A stretch of 64,000 nt of DNA from Bdellovibrionales bacterium (GCA_039808765.1 JBDHTQ010000001.1:67683-131682), one strand, 5' to 3'. Counted from the stretch's first letter, positions 30,783 to 40,485 are shown. Numbers and translations: made by a program. The notes: generated by a model from the letters alone, not told the origin.

Positions 30783-31496
30783 ATGAATAGGCGGGGGATT
30801 GGATTACTGGTGGTAAGCATTCTCTTGTGCGCCCCACAAAGTTGGGCACAAGATGCTTATTCCTATTCTCATTCTGGCATGCCGGAAGAAGAGCCTGCTT
30901 TGACCGAGCTTTTACCCAGCCCTGCCAATACGCAACCCACTCCACCTCCTGAACCCATTGTCAATCAACCATCTGACGCACCGCCATCAACCGCAAATTA
31001 CACTGCTCAGAGTGATCCTCAGGCTCCTGTCACATCGGGGAACAAAAACGGTTCACTGGCTGATTTTGATCGCGTTGATTTTTTCTGCCGCTCTGATTCC
31101 GGTCGTGATTACACGGTCGAAAGCATCTGCATGGTCGCGCGTAACACCACCATGAGTGGTGCTTCAGAACTGGGTTTGCGCTATGGTGATGACCCAACGC
31201 TGAATAGTGAAAATGGTTTTGTATTATTGGTGCGCATTACGTCATCAGGTAAGGTGCCTCGTGCAATTTCAGCGATGATACAGGCATCACGTTATTATGA
31301 TCAAGCAGTGGACCTGAAGGCACCTCATGCCAGTGCTGCAGCGGTTTCCCGTCGTGGAAAACTTGTTATGTATGAAGAGATTATCACAGGTGTGGGGCAG
31401 GGCGATGGGTTGGAAAATGCCATGCGAGTGAGTGTGCGTCGAGTTATTCAAGGGCTATTTGCCCGTATTCGCCAAGATAAAAAGGATTCACGATGA
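30783..31496 (+). CDS. secreted hypothetical protein with a Pro-rich linker
   Basis: The ATG at 30783 follows an agagga RBS. The signal peptide is MNRRGIGLLVVSILLCAPQSWA, followed by a Pro/Thr/Gln-rich segment. Confidence 0.45.
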   Translation: MNRRGIGLLVVSILLCAPQSWAQDAYSYSHSGMPEEEPALTELLPSPANTQPTPPPEPIVNQPSDAPPSTANYTAQSDPQAPVTSGNKNGSLADFDRVDFFCRSDSGRDYTVESICMVARNTTMSGASELGLRYGDDPTLNSENGFVLLVRITSSGKVPRAISAMIQASRYYDQAVDLKAPHASAAAVSRRGKLVMYEEIITGVGQGDGLENAMRVSVRRVIQGLFARIRQDKKDSR

Positions 31497-31798
31497 CCAA
31501 ACGCGATGAAGCTTTGCGCTGGCGGTTAGATGTTTTTGATAAGCCTCATGGTTTGCACGTGGCAGATGCGGTTGAGATCGTGGCAGGTGAAATTGTGCGA
31601 CGGGTAACATTGTTGCAAGATGATTATGAGATTCTCAACTGTCGTAATCTTTGGCGGGCGAGCCACGATGGCAACGAGCCAACGGTTCAGGATTTAAGCG
31701 TACATGCGAAAAAATCGCTGGAAGATGTGGTGATTATCATTCGCAGACTTACAACGTCTGGTATTATCCCAACGTTGGATAAAGGCACGCTCCAGTAA
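31493..31798 (+). CDS. hypothetical protein (101 aa), translationally coupled to the upstream gene
   Basis: Its start overlaps the stop of 30783..31496 as ATGA. I recognise no family. Confidence 0.4.
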   Translation: MTKRDEALRWRLDVFDKPHGLHVADAVEIVAGEIVRRVTLLQDDYEILNCRNLWRASHDGNEPTVQDLSVHAKKSLEDVVIIIRRLTTSGIIPTLDKGTLQ

Positions 31799-31839
31799 TT
31801 TTTTAACCATGAAAACTTTGGCATAATGCTGATCAGCGA

Positions 31840-32766
31840 TTAGGCAATAACGCGCCCCACCCAACGCTTGAAAGTTGAATGTGCATGCGTAATCAAATCG
31901 TCACAATTACTGTAGCCTTCAAAATTTTGCCGGGTGCATTCAATTTTAAAATGTGAGGGGATCATTTTATCCACGCATGTGATATGTATGTTGAACGTGG
32001 CTATCTGATCGCTTTGTGAAATATTTTCTATTGCGTACGACGCGAGAGCAACCTGTTCACCCGCAGCGCATAAAGCAGCGCAAAGGGCAGTTTGCATGCA
32101 TTCATCTTTAACACTGCTCAGTCCGCGTAATGCGGGGGTGTAGATTTTGTGCGCAGCGAGTGACGCGATAAAGTTTTCGTACTGTTCAGTGCGAATGCGG
32201 CCATACATTACGCCTTCAGGAAAGCATAGTATGTTTGGAGCAAAGCGATCGCCTCCCAAATGAGAGGAGGGCATGAAAGTAAAATCAGAAAATTTTTCAG
32301 CTTCTAACCGATGTAATAAGGCACTACCAAATTTGGCACAGCAGGCGTTATGCTTGCCATCCAAACAGATAAAACCCAGGCGATTCTGAGGGGGAATTTT
32401 TTTCCACGTGCTTAGATCATCACAGGCAAAAGCCGATAACGCAGCGTGAATATCTTCAATGGTTTTAAACACATATTCAAACCCCCTGAACTCAGTCTCG
32501 GCATAGTTTTTGTCCGCACGCATGAAAAGCAACAGCCGAGATTGATCAGAATCACCCACAAAAAATCGTATTGTTAAATCCTTCTCTTTAAGGATGTTTT
32601 TCATGTGCTTTTTTTCTGTTTCAGAAAAAAAGGGGCACGAACTATCCGGCCAACGTGACTGTGTGGCTTGAATGAAAAGATAATGTGTCGCAGCTTTAAC
32701 TGTGCCTGCCACAGGCTCATGGGTATGTTCGCAATAATCACTGCAATAGGGCGAATCGGTCGTCAT
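31840..32766 (-). CDS. sucrase/ferredoxin-like (Suc_Fer-like, thioredoxin-fold) family protein
   Basis: The motifs CLDGKHNACCAKFG ... SSHLGGDRFAPN ... GVMYGR fit the family. Confidence 0.55.
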   Translation of the reverse strand: MTTDSPYCSDYCEHTHEPVAGTVKAATHYLFIQATQSRWPDSSCPFFSETEKKHMKNILKEKDLTIRFFVGDSDQSRLLLFMRADKNYAETEFRGFEYVFKTIEDIHAALSAFACDDLSTWKKIPPQNRLGFICLDGKHNACCAKFGSALLHRLEAEKFSDFTFMPSSHLGGDRFAPNILCFPEGVMYGRIRTEQYENFIASLAAHKIYTPALRGLSSVKDECMQTALCAALCAAGEQVALASYAIENISQSDQIATFNIHITCVDKMIPSHFKIECTRQNFEGYSNCDDLITHAHSTFKRWVGRVIA

Positions 32767-33701
32767 TAAACGCCTCGTAAAGGTTGTGTGTTTGGAGGTA
32801 AAAAACCCATGACGCAGGACTTTTCAATCATATTGCGCCAGCGATAATTTTCAACGTTGGGCGTGATCAACGTGTGTGCAGCGAGGTCAAGCTGTGAAAG
32901 GTTGCTAAAATTACGCCTTAACCAGAAAAATGAAGCATTGTGCTTTTGCTCAAAGTCTTTAGCCCATATGGTGGGGGTGCTGATAATTTTAAGACCACAT
33001 GCGGCATACTCCAGCAACTTGGTTGAGGTTTGTAGCGTGAAGGGGTAAGTGAGGGGTGTCAAGTTCAGGCCGAAGTGCGCGCTCTGCATCAACGCTGGTA
33101 ACCGTGTGTAGGGCATGCTTCCGGTGAAGGTTATGTGCTTAGCTTGCTTGAAGTGTTCGACATCATCTGTCTTTACATCTCCAATAACCAACAATGTACC
33201 AAGCGCTGGCGTTTTTGCGAAAAACTCAAGAAAACGTATCACTGTTCCGTCACGATACAGGCCACCTACATAGACAAAATCATATTCCTTTTTATTGCGT
33301 TCTAGTGGGTCAATAAAAAAGCCATCTGCCACACCCATATCCCGAAAACATGTTGTGACGTTATCATTAAAACCGAATCCTTTTGCTACCGATTCGTTTA
33401 AGAAGACTCGACGAAAAGGTCGTACATTAATGCACCGTTTGATAAAGTTTTTTGTTCGGGGAAAGGGCGCAACCGATAGCGATCCGTACTCATGAATGAC
33501 GCGCGTTTGTTGGTTAGCACAAGGCATGCGATCAATTCCTAAAAACTTCCAACGGTAATCAGGGGCCTTAAAATCACCGATGTTTTCTTCCGGCACATCA
33601 AGCGCTTGAACATGCGGATAATACCGCCGAAGATGGTCACAGTAGGCATTGATTTCGGGTAAAAAGACCCCTTTGCGACGCTCAAAAACAAGACTAATCA
33701 T
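32766..33701 (-). CDS. glycosyltransferase (GT-B, group 1-like)
   Basis: The C-terminal pattern is FTGSMPYTRLPALMQSAHFGLN ... STKLLEYAACGLKIIST. I chose the ATG at 33701 because the longer ORF starts with TTG and overlaps the divergent gene. Confidence 0.55.
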   Translation of the reverse strand: MISLVFERRKGVFLPEINAYCDHLRRYYPHVQALDVPEENIGDFKAPDYRWKFLGIDRMPCANQQTRVIHEYGSLSVAPFPRTKNFIKRCINVRPFRRVFLNESVAKGFGFNDNVTTCFRDMGVADGFFIDPLERNKKEYDFVYVGGLYRDGTVIRFLEFFAKTPALGTLLVIGDVKTDDVEHFKQAKHITFTGSMPYTRLPALMQSAHFGLNLTPLTYPFTLQTSTKLLEYAACGLKIISTPTIWAKDFEQKHNASFFWLRRNFSNLSQLDLAAHTLITPNVENYRWRNMIEKSCVMGFLPPNTQPLRGV

Positions 33702-33887
33702 GGTCTTTTTGTAATGGAGTATGCGAAGGATGCAAAGAATTATTTCGTTAAAAGTATGCTCGATCACGGTTTGCGACAAAAAAACTCAAAATGTGAAGGG
33801 GCTGGAGTGTTTCTGTTCTTGAAAAAATTTGTAATTCAGGCGACAAAATGGGAAACGAGGCCGTGCGCCTTGACAAAGGAGAGGCGT

Positions 33888-35012
33888 GTGACGGGCAAAA
33901 CAATTTTGATGTTGGGGGGACAGCTCACCTCGCTGGTGAATTTTCGTGGCCCCCTAATTCGGGAATTGATTGCGCAAGGCGACCGTGTGGTTGCAGTTGC
34001 TCCTGAACCAGAAGAACCATGGCTTTCTAAGCTGAAAGAGATGGGCGCTAATTATCACGAGATTAAGCTTGCACGCACCGGCCTCAATCCTTTGACTGAT
34101 CTGGGCACATTCATTAGCCTTGTGCGATTGATTCGTAAAATCAAGCCAGATGTTGTGTTTGCGTTTCAAGCCAAGGCCGTTGTGTATGGTTTGCCAGCTG
34201 CTTTGTGTGCCGGTGCTAAACACAGGGTTGCGATGATTGAGGGCTTAGGGCAGGGGTTTGGTTCAAACCGGGAGGGATGGCGACGTAAGCTCGTATGCTT
34301 TTTGGTGCCTCGCCTTTATAAAGCCTCTCTCAAATGTGCTCAATCCGTGATCTTTCTTAACCCTACCGATTTAAATGACTTCACGACAATGAAGATTATT
34401 CCTGCACAAAAAGCCGTCCAGATTGATGGTATTGGGGTTGATTTAGATCATTTTAAACCCCAACCGCTGCCACCAAATACCCCTTTGCACTTCATGATGG
34501 TGGCGCGCTTGTTGGTGGAAAAAGGGGTGCGCACCTATTTGGCGGCGGCAGAAGAAGTTAAAAAAATTCACCCAGAATGTCGTTTCAGTTTGTATGGTGC
34601 CGAAGATAAAAGCCATGCAGGTGTGCCGCTTGCTGAAGTGCAACGCCAAGAATCGGTGGTGTGGCATTATGTCAATGATCTGCGTGATGCATTATCGTCG
34701 TGTCATGTTTTTGTGTTGCCAACAGCCTATCGTGAGGGATTACCGCGCTCTACGCTTGAAGCCATGGCTACAGGGCGTGCTATTATTACAACGGATGTTC
34801 CTGGTGCGCGGGAGACGGTAGTTGACAGAGTGAATGGGCTTCTGATAAGACCACAAAGCGTTAGCAGCCTAGTGGAGGCCATGTTGTATATGGTAAGCCA
34901 CGTTTCAGAAGTTCAAAGATTCGGTAAAGCAAGCCTCGAAGCGGCGCGCGTGAGGTTTGATGTACGGAGTATAAACCGGATAATTATTGATACGCTTCAT
35001 GGAGGCGTTTAA
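33888..35012 (+). CDS. glycosyltransferase family 4 (GT-B)
   Basis: The N-terminus is KTILMLGGQLTSLVNFRGPLIREL. The EX7E-type region is PTAYREGLPRSTLEAMATGRAIITTDVPGARE. The GTG at 33888 follows an aaggag RBS. Confidence 0.75.
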   Translation: MTGKTILMLGGQLTSLVNFRGPLIRELIAQGDRVVAVAPEPEEPWLSKLKEMGANYHEIKLARTGLNPLTDLGTFISLVRLIRKIKPDVVFAFQAKAVVYGLPAALCAGAKHRVAMIEGLGQGFGSNREGWRRKLVCFLVPRLYKASLKCAQSVIFLNPTDLNDFTTMKIIPAQKAVQIDGIGVDLDHFKPQPLPPNTPLHFMMVARLLVEKGVRTYLAAAEEVKKIHPECRFSLYGAEDKSHAGVPLAEVQRQESVVWHYVNDLRDALSSCHVFVLPTAYREGLPRSTLEAMATGRAIITTDVPGARETVVDRVNGLLIRPQSVSSLVEAMLYMVSHVSEVQRFGKASLEAARVRFDVRSINRIIIDTLHGGV

Positions 35013-35818
35013 TGCAGCAATCCTTTTCTCTCAAGATTAAACGTATTCTTGATCTTTCCGGGGCGATGTTTCTACTGCTTGTGTTTTCGCCGCTGTTTTT
35101 GCTCACAGCACTGCTGGTATATCTAAATCTGGGTAAACCCGTCTTTTTTCTTCATCCACGCATTGGCTATAAAGGCAAAACGTTTATGGCATACAAGTTT
35201 CGCTCTATGCGACATCTGTGTGATGCAAGTGGCAAGCCTTTGCCGGATGGCTGCCGGATGACACTTTTTTCTCGTATTTTGCGCGCGAGCAGTTTGGACG
35301 AGATTCCACAACTACTGAACGTTTTAAAAGGGGAGATGAGTTTGATTGGTCCGCGCCCCATGCTTGTCGAGTATCTCCCTTATCTGAAAGAGCATGAATA
35401 TCGTCGTTTGGATATGTTGCCGGGGATCAGTGGATTGGCGCAAATCAGTGGGCGCAACTTGATTGGCTGGGATGAGCGTTTTGCTCTTGACATCCATTAC
35501 GTCGATCACTGGTCACTGACGATGGATTTCGTGATTGCTGTAAAAACTTTTCCAGTATGGATTCTGGCGCAGGGCATTTCGACGCCCGGTTATGCAACGG
35601 CTCCACGTTTAGATGAAGAGCGGCGTGATCAAATTGTGCCGTCAACACCGGACTTGCATGCGCACTCCGACATTAAATTTGATCAAGCAGGCAGTGGTAC
35701 TGCAAGTAATGAGAACGTTTCCTCCGTTAGCCTATCACCTGAAATGCGTGCAAGTCTTTTTTCCAATATAAAACCTCGCGCCTTGAGTGTTTCTGAAAAT
35801 GCTTTGCAGGATGGATGA
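35012..35818 (+). CDS. undecaprenyl-phosphate sugar phosphotransferase (PglC/WbaP C-terminal-type initiating transferase)
   Basis: The motifs KRILDLSGAMFLLLVFSPLF.., KFRSM, DEIPQLLNVLKGEMSLIGPRP and DIHYV are present. There is a ~70-aa non-conserved C-terminal tail. Confidence 0.8.
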   Translation: MQQSFSLKIKRILDLSGAMFLLLVFSPLFLLTALLVYLNLGKPVFFLHPRIGYKGKTFMAYKFRSMRHLCDASGKPLPDGCRMTLFSRILRASSLDEIPQLLNVLKGEMSLIGPRPMLVEYLPYLKEHEYRRLDMLPGISGLAQISGRNLIGWDERFALDIHYVDHWSLTMDFVIAVKTFPVWILAQGISTPGYATAPRLDEERRDQIVPSTPDLHAHSDIKFDQAGSGTASNENVSSVSLSPEMRASLFSNIKPRALSVSENALQDG

Positions 35819-37010
35819 GGTTAGGCCGTATTCATTTTGTTCAAAGGGTGCATGGTATTTTTCTGTGCTCATTTTTCTTTTACCCCTGATCGCGGTTCCT
35901 GCGCCGCGTGCCGTTTGGATTTTCCTGATACTTTTTGCACTACCGTGTGTTCCAGCGATCGTAAGGGCTTGGCCGCTTTTTTGCCTTTCGCTTAAAACCC
36001 ATGCCCCTGTTCTGATTATGGGCGTCATGTTATGGGGGTACGGACTATGGGTGTCACCTATTCCCGATCGTGCCATGAGCTTTGGTTTATTGGGTGGGGT
36101 TATTATTCTCTTGAGTCTGATTCTGATCTGGCATGTGCAATTTTTTAATGAGGTGCACATAAAGCGAATGTTTAAAGCGCTCACGATCGGATGCGGTCTT
36201 TGTTTGGTGCTGGTTCTCATCGACTATAATTTTAAACAGCCCATTACGGCGGGTGTAGCACACCTCATGGGGCAAGAAAAACCACCGCTCTACGTGTTAG
36301 ATCGCACACTTGTTTTGCTGAGCTTGTTTTATTGGGTATTGATTGCTTTTTATCGCCCTTCGCATTGGATGGTTGGTATTACTGCATTCGCCGCAATTTT
36401 AGGCCTTACACATACATCATCTCAAGCAGCCACACTTGCCATGCCTACCGGATTGATTGTTTATATAATGATGACGTTGATGCCGCGTCTTATGCGTCCA
36501 CTGCTTTGGTTTGGCCTTGTTATTGTGTTTTTTACTGCTCCCTTTATGGTTTTGTTGATAACCTATTTTGCCGACCAAGCGAAGGAAGCAATTGGATTAA
36601 TGTGGCAAATGTCGAATGCGGATATACGCTTAAACATCTGGCGCCTGACCACCATTAGCATGCTTGATCATCCGTGGTTGGGTCAAGGGATTGAAGCTGC
36701 TTTTGCACTTAAGCGCATGCTTCATCCACATAATGGTATTTTGCAAATATGGATTGAGTTTGGATTGGTGGGCATTTGTTTTGTATTTGCTTGCGTACAG
36801 AGGGTGTTTGAAAAAATTTGCGCAACACCAGCATTAATGGCTGTTTTTTTTGCTTGGCTGAGTATCTTTTGCGTAAGTTACAGCATATGGCCAGCGTGGT
36901 GGATTGCTACGGCTGGTGTTGTGTCTTTCTTGAGTGCGTGTTTTTTGCGGTTAGAAATGTACCAAAACAGTTCCGCGCGTTTGAATGTCGCACATGCAAT
37001 GAATACTTGA
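35811..37010 (+). CDS. O-antigen ligase/polymerase-like (Wzy_C) polytopic membrane protein
   Basis: About 10 hydrophobic helices, plus a periplasmic-loop motif ..HPWLGQGIEA....HPHNGILQIWIEFG. The start overlaps the previous stop as ATGGATGA. Confidence 0.6.
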   Translation: MDEVRPYSFCSKGAWYFSVLIFLLPLIAVPAPRAVWIFLILFALPCVPAIVRAWPLFCLSLKTHAPVLIMGVMLWGYGLWVSPIPDRAMSFGLLGGVIILLSLILIWHVQFFNEVHIKRMFKALTIGCGLCLVLVLIDYNFKQPITAGVAHLMGQEKPPLYVLDRTLVLLSLFYWVLIAFYRPSHWMVGITAFAAILGLTHTSSQAATLAMPTGLIVYIMMTLMPRLMRPLLWFGLVIVFFTAPFMVLLITYFADQAKEAIGLMWQMSNADIRLNIWRLTTISMLDHPWLGQGIEAAFALKRMLHPHNGILQIWIEFGLVGICFVFACVQRVFEKICATPALMAVFFAWLSIFCVSYSIWPAWWIATAGVVSFLSACFLRLEMYQNSSARLNVAHAMNT

Positions 37011-37070
37011 AAAACACCATTAAATCACATTAACACAATAATCTAATCTCTCAGATCCAGAATTTTTGTT

Positions 37071-37754
37071 ATGAAACGTTGTATACGTGTATTTGCTATT
37101 TTGGCTTCAATAGGTGTTCTTACTGCTGCATCTCTGCAGCCGGTGGAGGCTAAACAACCCACTCATCCCGCAGCCCCGGTTCACACCCCGCATGTCGATT
37201 TGCATACCCAAGAGGGTGCCTACGGTGAAAACTATTGTATAAAATTGGCAAATCAATACAAACAGAATCCCTCTAACAAATTTACTAATCTTATCGCGGC
37301 AAACATAATGATGATGGTGGCGCCAACGTGTGCTGAATTAGATGCTAATGGCATTGATTCGAGTGTTTTCATGCGAGGAGTGACCAATCCAATTCAGAAT
37401 GATGCGCATAATTTTGCTTCTAATGCAGTTGGCGGTGCGCTGCATGACACGATTCTTCTTGCCATCACTGGAAAACAAAATGTTGCGATGGGGATTGGGC
37501 AAAATCTCGGATCAATACAAAACTATCTCAATTTTGGATTAGTGGTAGAGCCGAGTGGTGCAGCAATAGTGACCGTTCTCCGCCGTAACGCACAAAACGC
37601 AGGTTATACAAAGCTTTATGGTGCATCGATTGCCCCGTCAGGAAAAAGTAGCCCACTTTCGGAAGCACAACTGCGAGAGTTGTTTGGAAAACTAGGAATT
37701 GATTACAAAAAACAGCCCTTTTTATCTACACCACGGGCCATAGAGATGGACTGA
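37071..37754 (+). CDS. secreted hypothetical protein
   Basis: The signal peptide is MKRCIRVFAILASIGVLTAASLQPVEA. I recognise no family. Confidence 0.45.
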   Translation: MKRCIRVFAILASIGVLTAASLQPVEAKQPTHPAAPVHTPHVDLHTQEGAYGENYCIKLANQYKQNPSNKFTNLIAANIMMMVAPTCAELDANGIDSSVFMRGVTNPIQNDAHNFASNAVGGALHDTILLAITGKQNVAMGIGQNLGSIQNYLNFGLVVEPSGAAIVTVLRRNAQNAGYTKLYGASIAPSGKSSPLSEAQLRELFGKLGIDYKKQPFLSTPRAIEMD

Positions 37755-37855
37755 TCAAGCTGCTGCGAACAAAAAATGAGTTGTTTTTGTGGTATAAAAA
37801 AAGTTAAGATGGCAAAATGGTGATGATTAAATTAATTTTTTAAGGAGATATGCTG

Positions 37856-38068
37856 ATGAAAACGAGGAGAAGCTTCAATAAGCTGGGAGTTATGATGGTT
37901 TTTGTGTCAGCTTTACTTGCCTCTTCGTCGTCTTCGCCACAAACGCCTGCAGGCGCGGTTACTCTTGATACCGCTCAATTTGATTTTCTGCAGTGGCAGA
38001 GAATGTGTGTGCACCATAGAATTTTTTTTCCTAATTCAAGAAAATGTCCGGGTGATCGGTACGCGTAA
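37856..38068 (+). CDS. small secreted hypothetical protein
   Basis: An RBS aaggag lies upstream and a signal-like segment VMMVFVSALLASSSS is present. The ORF is short and its coding status is uncertain. Confidence 0.3.
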   Translation: MKTRRSFNKLGVMMVFVSALLASSSSSPQTPAGAVTLDTAQFDFLQWQRMCVHHRIFFPNSRKCPGDRYA

Positions 38069-38174
38069 TTCTTCTTAGTGAAAAAGACGCTCAGCTGATT
38101 GTTTTTGCAAGAGGTGTGGCAGCACAGGGGGAGGCCTGCACTGCCACTGGGGGGGCTGTTGAGGGCTTAAGACG

Positions 38175-38274
38175 CATTTCCCGAAGGTAGACGCGCCCTC
38201 TTTTATGTTTTTGACGCAAGTACGTCATCATAGATAAATTCTGCGATTCTATCTTTTCGGGGTTTGCTTTAAGG
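38175..38274 (+). repeat. dispersed intergenic repeat, copy D (diverged)
   Basis: The copy reads catttcccgaaggtagacgcgccctcttttatgtttttgacgcaagtacgtcatcatagataaattctgcgattctatcttttcggggtttgctttaagg. It aligns with copy C along its length. Confidence 0.5.
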
Positions 38275-38283
38275 ACGAACTAT

Positions 38284-38673
38284 TCATCCGCCTGAACGCC
38301 AAAGGTGCAATGGTCGCGATGGGGTTGGTTTCACATCTTTAGTTTGCTGTGTGGCGTCGCGATAATCGCGCACGCGGGTGGCGCGCAAGCCGCGTGTACC
38401 GTGACGATCAATCAATTCTTGCCATGCAATAAACTCTTCAACCGAAAGGGTGTAGCGCTCGCACGCATCTTCAAGGGTAATCAAACCAGACCGCACCGCC
38501 GTAACTAAGGCTGCTTTGCGTCGTGTGACCCAGCGGGTAGTACCAACAGGGGGTAAATCATCGAGCGTAATGGATGGTAACAAATCCTTGTTTTTCTTTC
38601 TACCCAGTCGAATAACGGAGGATTTTTTATGTACTTCTGCCGACGAAAAGTGTGAAATTTTTTCTTTATCCAT
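38284..38673 (-). CDS. DUF1153 / SciP-family helix-turn-helix protein (CtrA-inhibitor-like)
   Basis: The core TRWVTRRKAALVTAVRSGLITLEDACERYTLSVEEFIAWQELIDRHGTRGLRATRVRDYR matches the DUF1153 signature. It is adjacent to flagellar genes. Confidence 0.6.
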   Translation of the reverse strand: MDKEKISHFSSAEVHKKSSVIRLGRKKNKDLLPSITLDDLPPVGTTRWVTRRKAALVTAVRSGLITLEDACERYTLSVEEFIAWQELIDRHGTRGLRATRVRDYRDATQQTKDVKPTPSRPLHLWRSGG

Positions 38674-38763
38674 AGAAAATAGCTCCGCAAATTTTTTAAA
38701 ATGTCATTCGATATAATTTAACTATACAACGAGCTGCTTAAAAACCTCTGAAAAATCAGTTTA

Positions 38764-38802
38764 TAAAAAGATAACGGCCCTGACGGGAGCGCCAAGGCCG
38801 TT
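38764..38802 (-). terminator. Rho-independent terminator after flgE
   Basis: The AACGGCC..GGCCGTT hairpin is followed by a T-run on the minus strand. Confidence 0.5.
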
Positions 38803-38835
38803 ACATGTAAGGGGAGGGGGATCCCTTTACGAGAA

Positions 38836-40485
38836 CTAACGCTTAATCTGCATCAACTCTTGCAGCATATCATCCGCTGTGCTGATTACTTTTGTGCCGG
38901 CAGAGTAAGCGCGTTGTGTAATGATCATTTTTGTGAATTCGTCCGAGAGGTCGATGTTTGACGTCTCCAGCGACGCTCCTTGCACCAGCCCCGCGCCGCC
39001 CGAGCCAGCCTCGCGAAGGTTGTATTGACCAGAGTCGGTGGTCTGAGCATACACATTACCGCTATGAGCCTCCAATCCATTAGGATTAGCAAAAGTGGCG
39101 ATTGGAAGTTTGTAAAGCTGACGAAATTCACCGTTGCTGAACGAGGCGATCACATAGCCATTTTCATCAATGGTGATGCCGGTTCTTTGACCAAGTTCGG
39201 CACCGTTCTGCGTTACGAAGGCCACGTTATAATCACTCGAAAACTGTGTAACAGCGCCGTTTGTGGGGTTGCCAGACGGATCAATGCCCAAGTCAAAGGT
39301 GATGGATTGTGTTCCAGCCCCTGTGTAGGCTGGATCCCAGTGAATGTTAACGGGGGTGGCGAGCTGTCCTGTCACACTATTGATCGACCCATCCGAATTA
39401 AAGTAAACGGTACCCGATGCAATATAGCCATCATCACCCGCTACGGTATCTACTAATCCTGTTGTGCGATTGACAGGCTGAACATACGTATTATCTGCAG
39501 CACGCGCTTCAACACTCCATTGGTTTACAGCAACTTTCTTAAAGCTAACAACAACGTCGCGCGCGGCGCCGAGAGAGTCGTAGATGCGCACTGTGCGTTG
39601 GAAGTCGTAGCCCAGCTGCGTGACAACACTGGTGCCGAAAAGATCCGTCATCACATTGCCCACGCTGCCGTTTTCCATGACGACTTTATCTTCAACATTA
39701 TCAGCCGTTACAACAAGCTGATTATTGATGATGCTGGCGCTGACCCCTGTAATGGCGTCAATTTTAGCCGCTAATGATTGCAAAGAGTCTGTGTCGTCAA
39801 CACTTACGTTAGTGGTGGTGCTGACACCGTTTGCATCCGTAACGGTAACATCGAAGTCGTAGGTAAAGGGTGCGGTAGCATTGAGGGTGCTTGTGAGTTC
39901 AGTCGCATCTGTTGGATCAGTGAAGGTTACAGACGATGCACCGAGTTTTTCTTCCGAATCTAAGTTAAGACCTAACTCAACCTTCGTCGTACCGGTGGCC
40001 ACACCATTGAGGAAGGCCACGTTCACAGGCTGCGTTGATGTAATATCAGCATTCGCGCTAGGGATTTGACCATCTGAATCCAGCAGCCAGCCATAGAGAT
40101 AAAAACCCGAAGCATTACGGAGATATCCTGTACTATCTTCTGAAAAATTGCCTGCGCGGGTATATAAAGCATTCGATTGCGATCCCGCGTCTGTTGAATC
40201 TTTGACCACAAAAAAACCGTTTCCGGAAATAGCAATATCAGTGGTAGAGCTGGATCCTTGGATAAGACCTTGCTGCGAAATTGTTTGAAGCGCTTTCACT
40301 CGTACGCCGCCTGGGTTATAGGTTACGCCGCGCTGCGCAACGGTTACCAAGCTTGAAAAAGAAGCGTTATCACCTTTATAACCAACAGTGCTTACGTTGG
40401 CGATGTTGTTTGAAATCATGCTGAGCGCCTGGCTTTGCGCGGAAAGTGCTGAAACCCCGGTGAACAATGATCCAAATAAGCTCAT
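38836..40485 (-). CDS. flgE: flagellar hook protein FlgE
   Basis: The N-terminus is MSLFGSLFTGVSALSAQSQALSMISNNIANVSTVGYK. The C-terminus is LETSNIDLSDEFTKMIITQRAYSAGTKVISTADDMLQELMQIKR. Confidence 0.9.
   Translation of the reverse strand: MSLFGSLFTGVSALSAQSQALSMISNNIANVSTVGYKGDNASFSSLVTVAQRGVTYNPGGVRVKALQTISQQGLIQGSSSTTDIAISGNGFFVVKDSTDAGSQSNALYTRAGNFSEDSTGYLRNASGFYLYGWLLDSDGQIPSANADITSTQPVNVAFLNGVATGTTKVELGLNLDSEEKLGASSVTFTDPTDATELTSTLNATAPFTYDFDVTVTDANGVSTTTNVSVDDTDSLQSLAAKIDAITGVSASIINNQLVVTADNVEDKVVMENGSVGNVMTDLFGTSVVTQLGYDFQRTVRIYDSLGAARDVVVSFKKVAVNQWSVEARAADNTYVQPVNRTTGLVDTVAGDDGYIASGTVYFNSDGSINSVTGQLATPVNIHWDPAYTGAGTQSITFDLGIDPSGNPTNGAVTQFSSDYNVAFVTQNGAELGQRTGITIDENGYVIASFSNGEFRQLYKLPIATFANPNGLEAHSGNVYAQTTDSGQYNLREAGSGGAGLVQGASLETSNIDLSDEFTKMIITQRAYSAGTKVISTADDMLQELMQIKR

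Noticed and set aside
33714-33887. N-terminal extension of the GT4 gene (ORF 33714..35012), and the TTG-started extension of the divergent GT (to 33779)
   Set aside because: The two extensions overlap each other on opposite strands. The RBS-supported GTG at 33888 and the ATG at 33701 give a normal divergent promoter region.
38925-40235. ORFs overlapping flgE on both strands (e.g. 38980..39456 +, 39520..39774 +)
   Set aside because: The FlgE N- and C-terminal signatures unambiguously define the minus-strand frame. The others are shadow ORFs.
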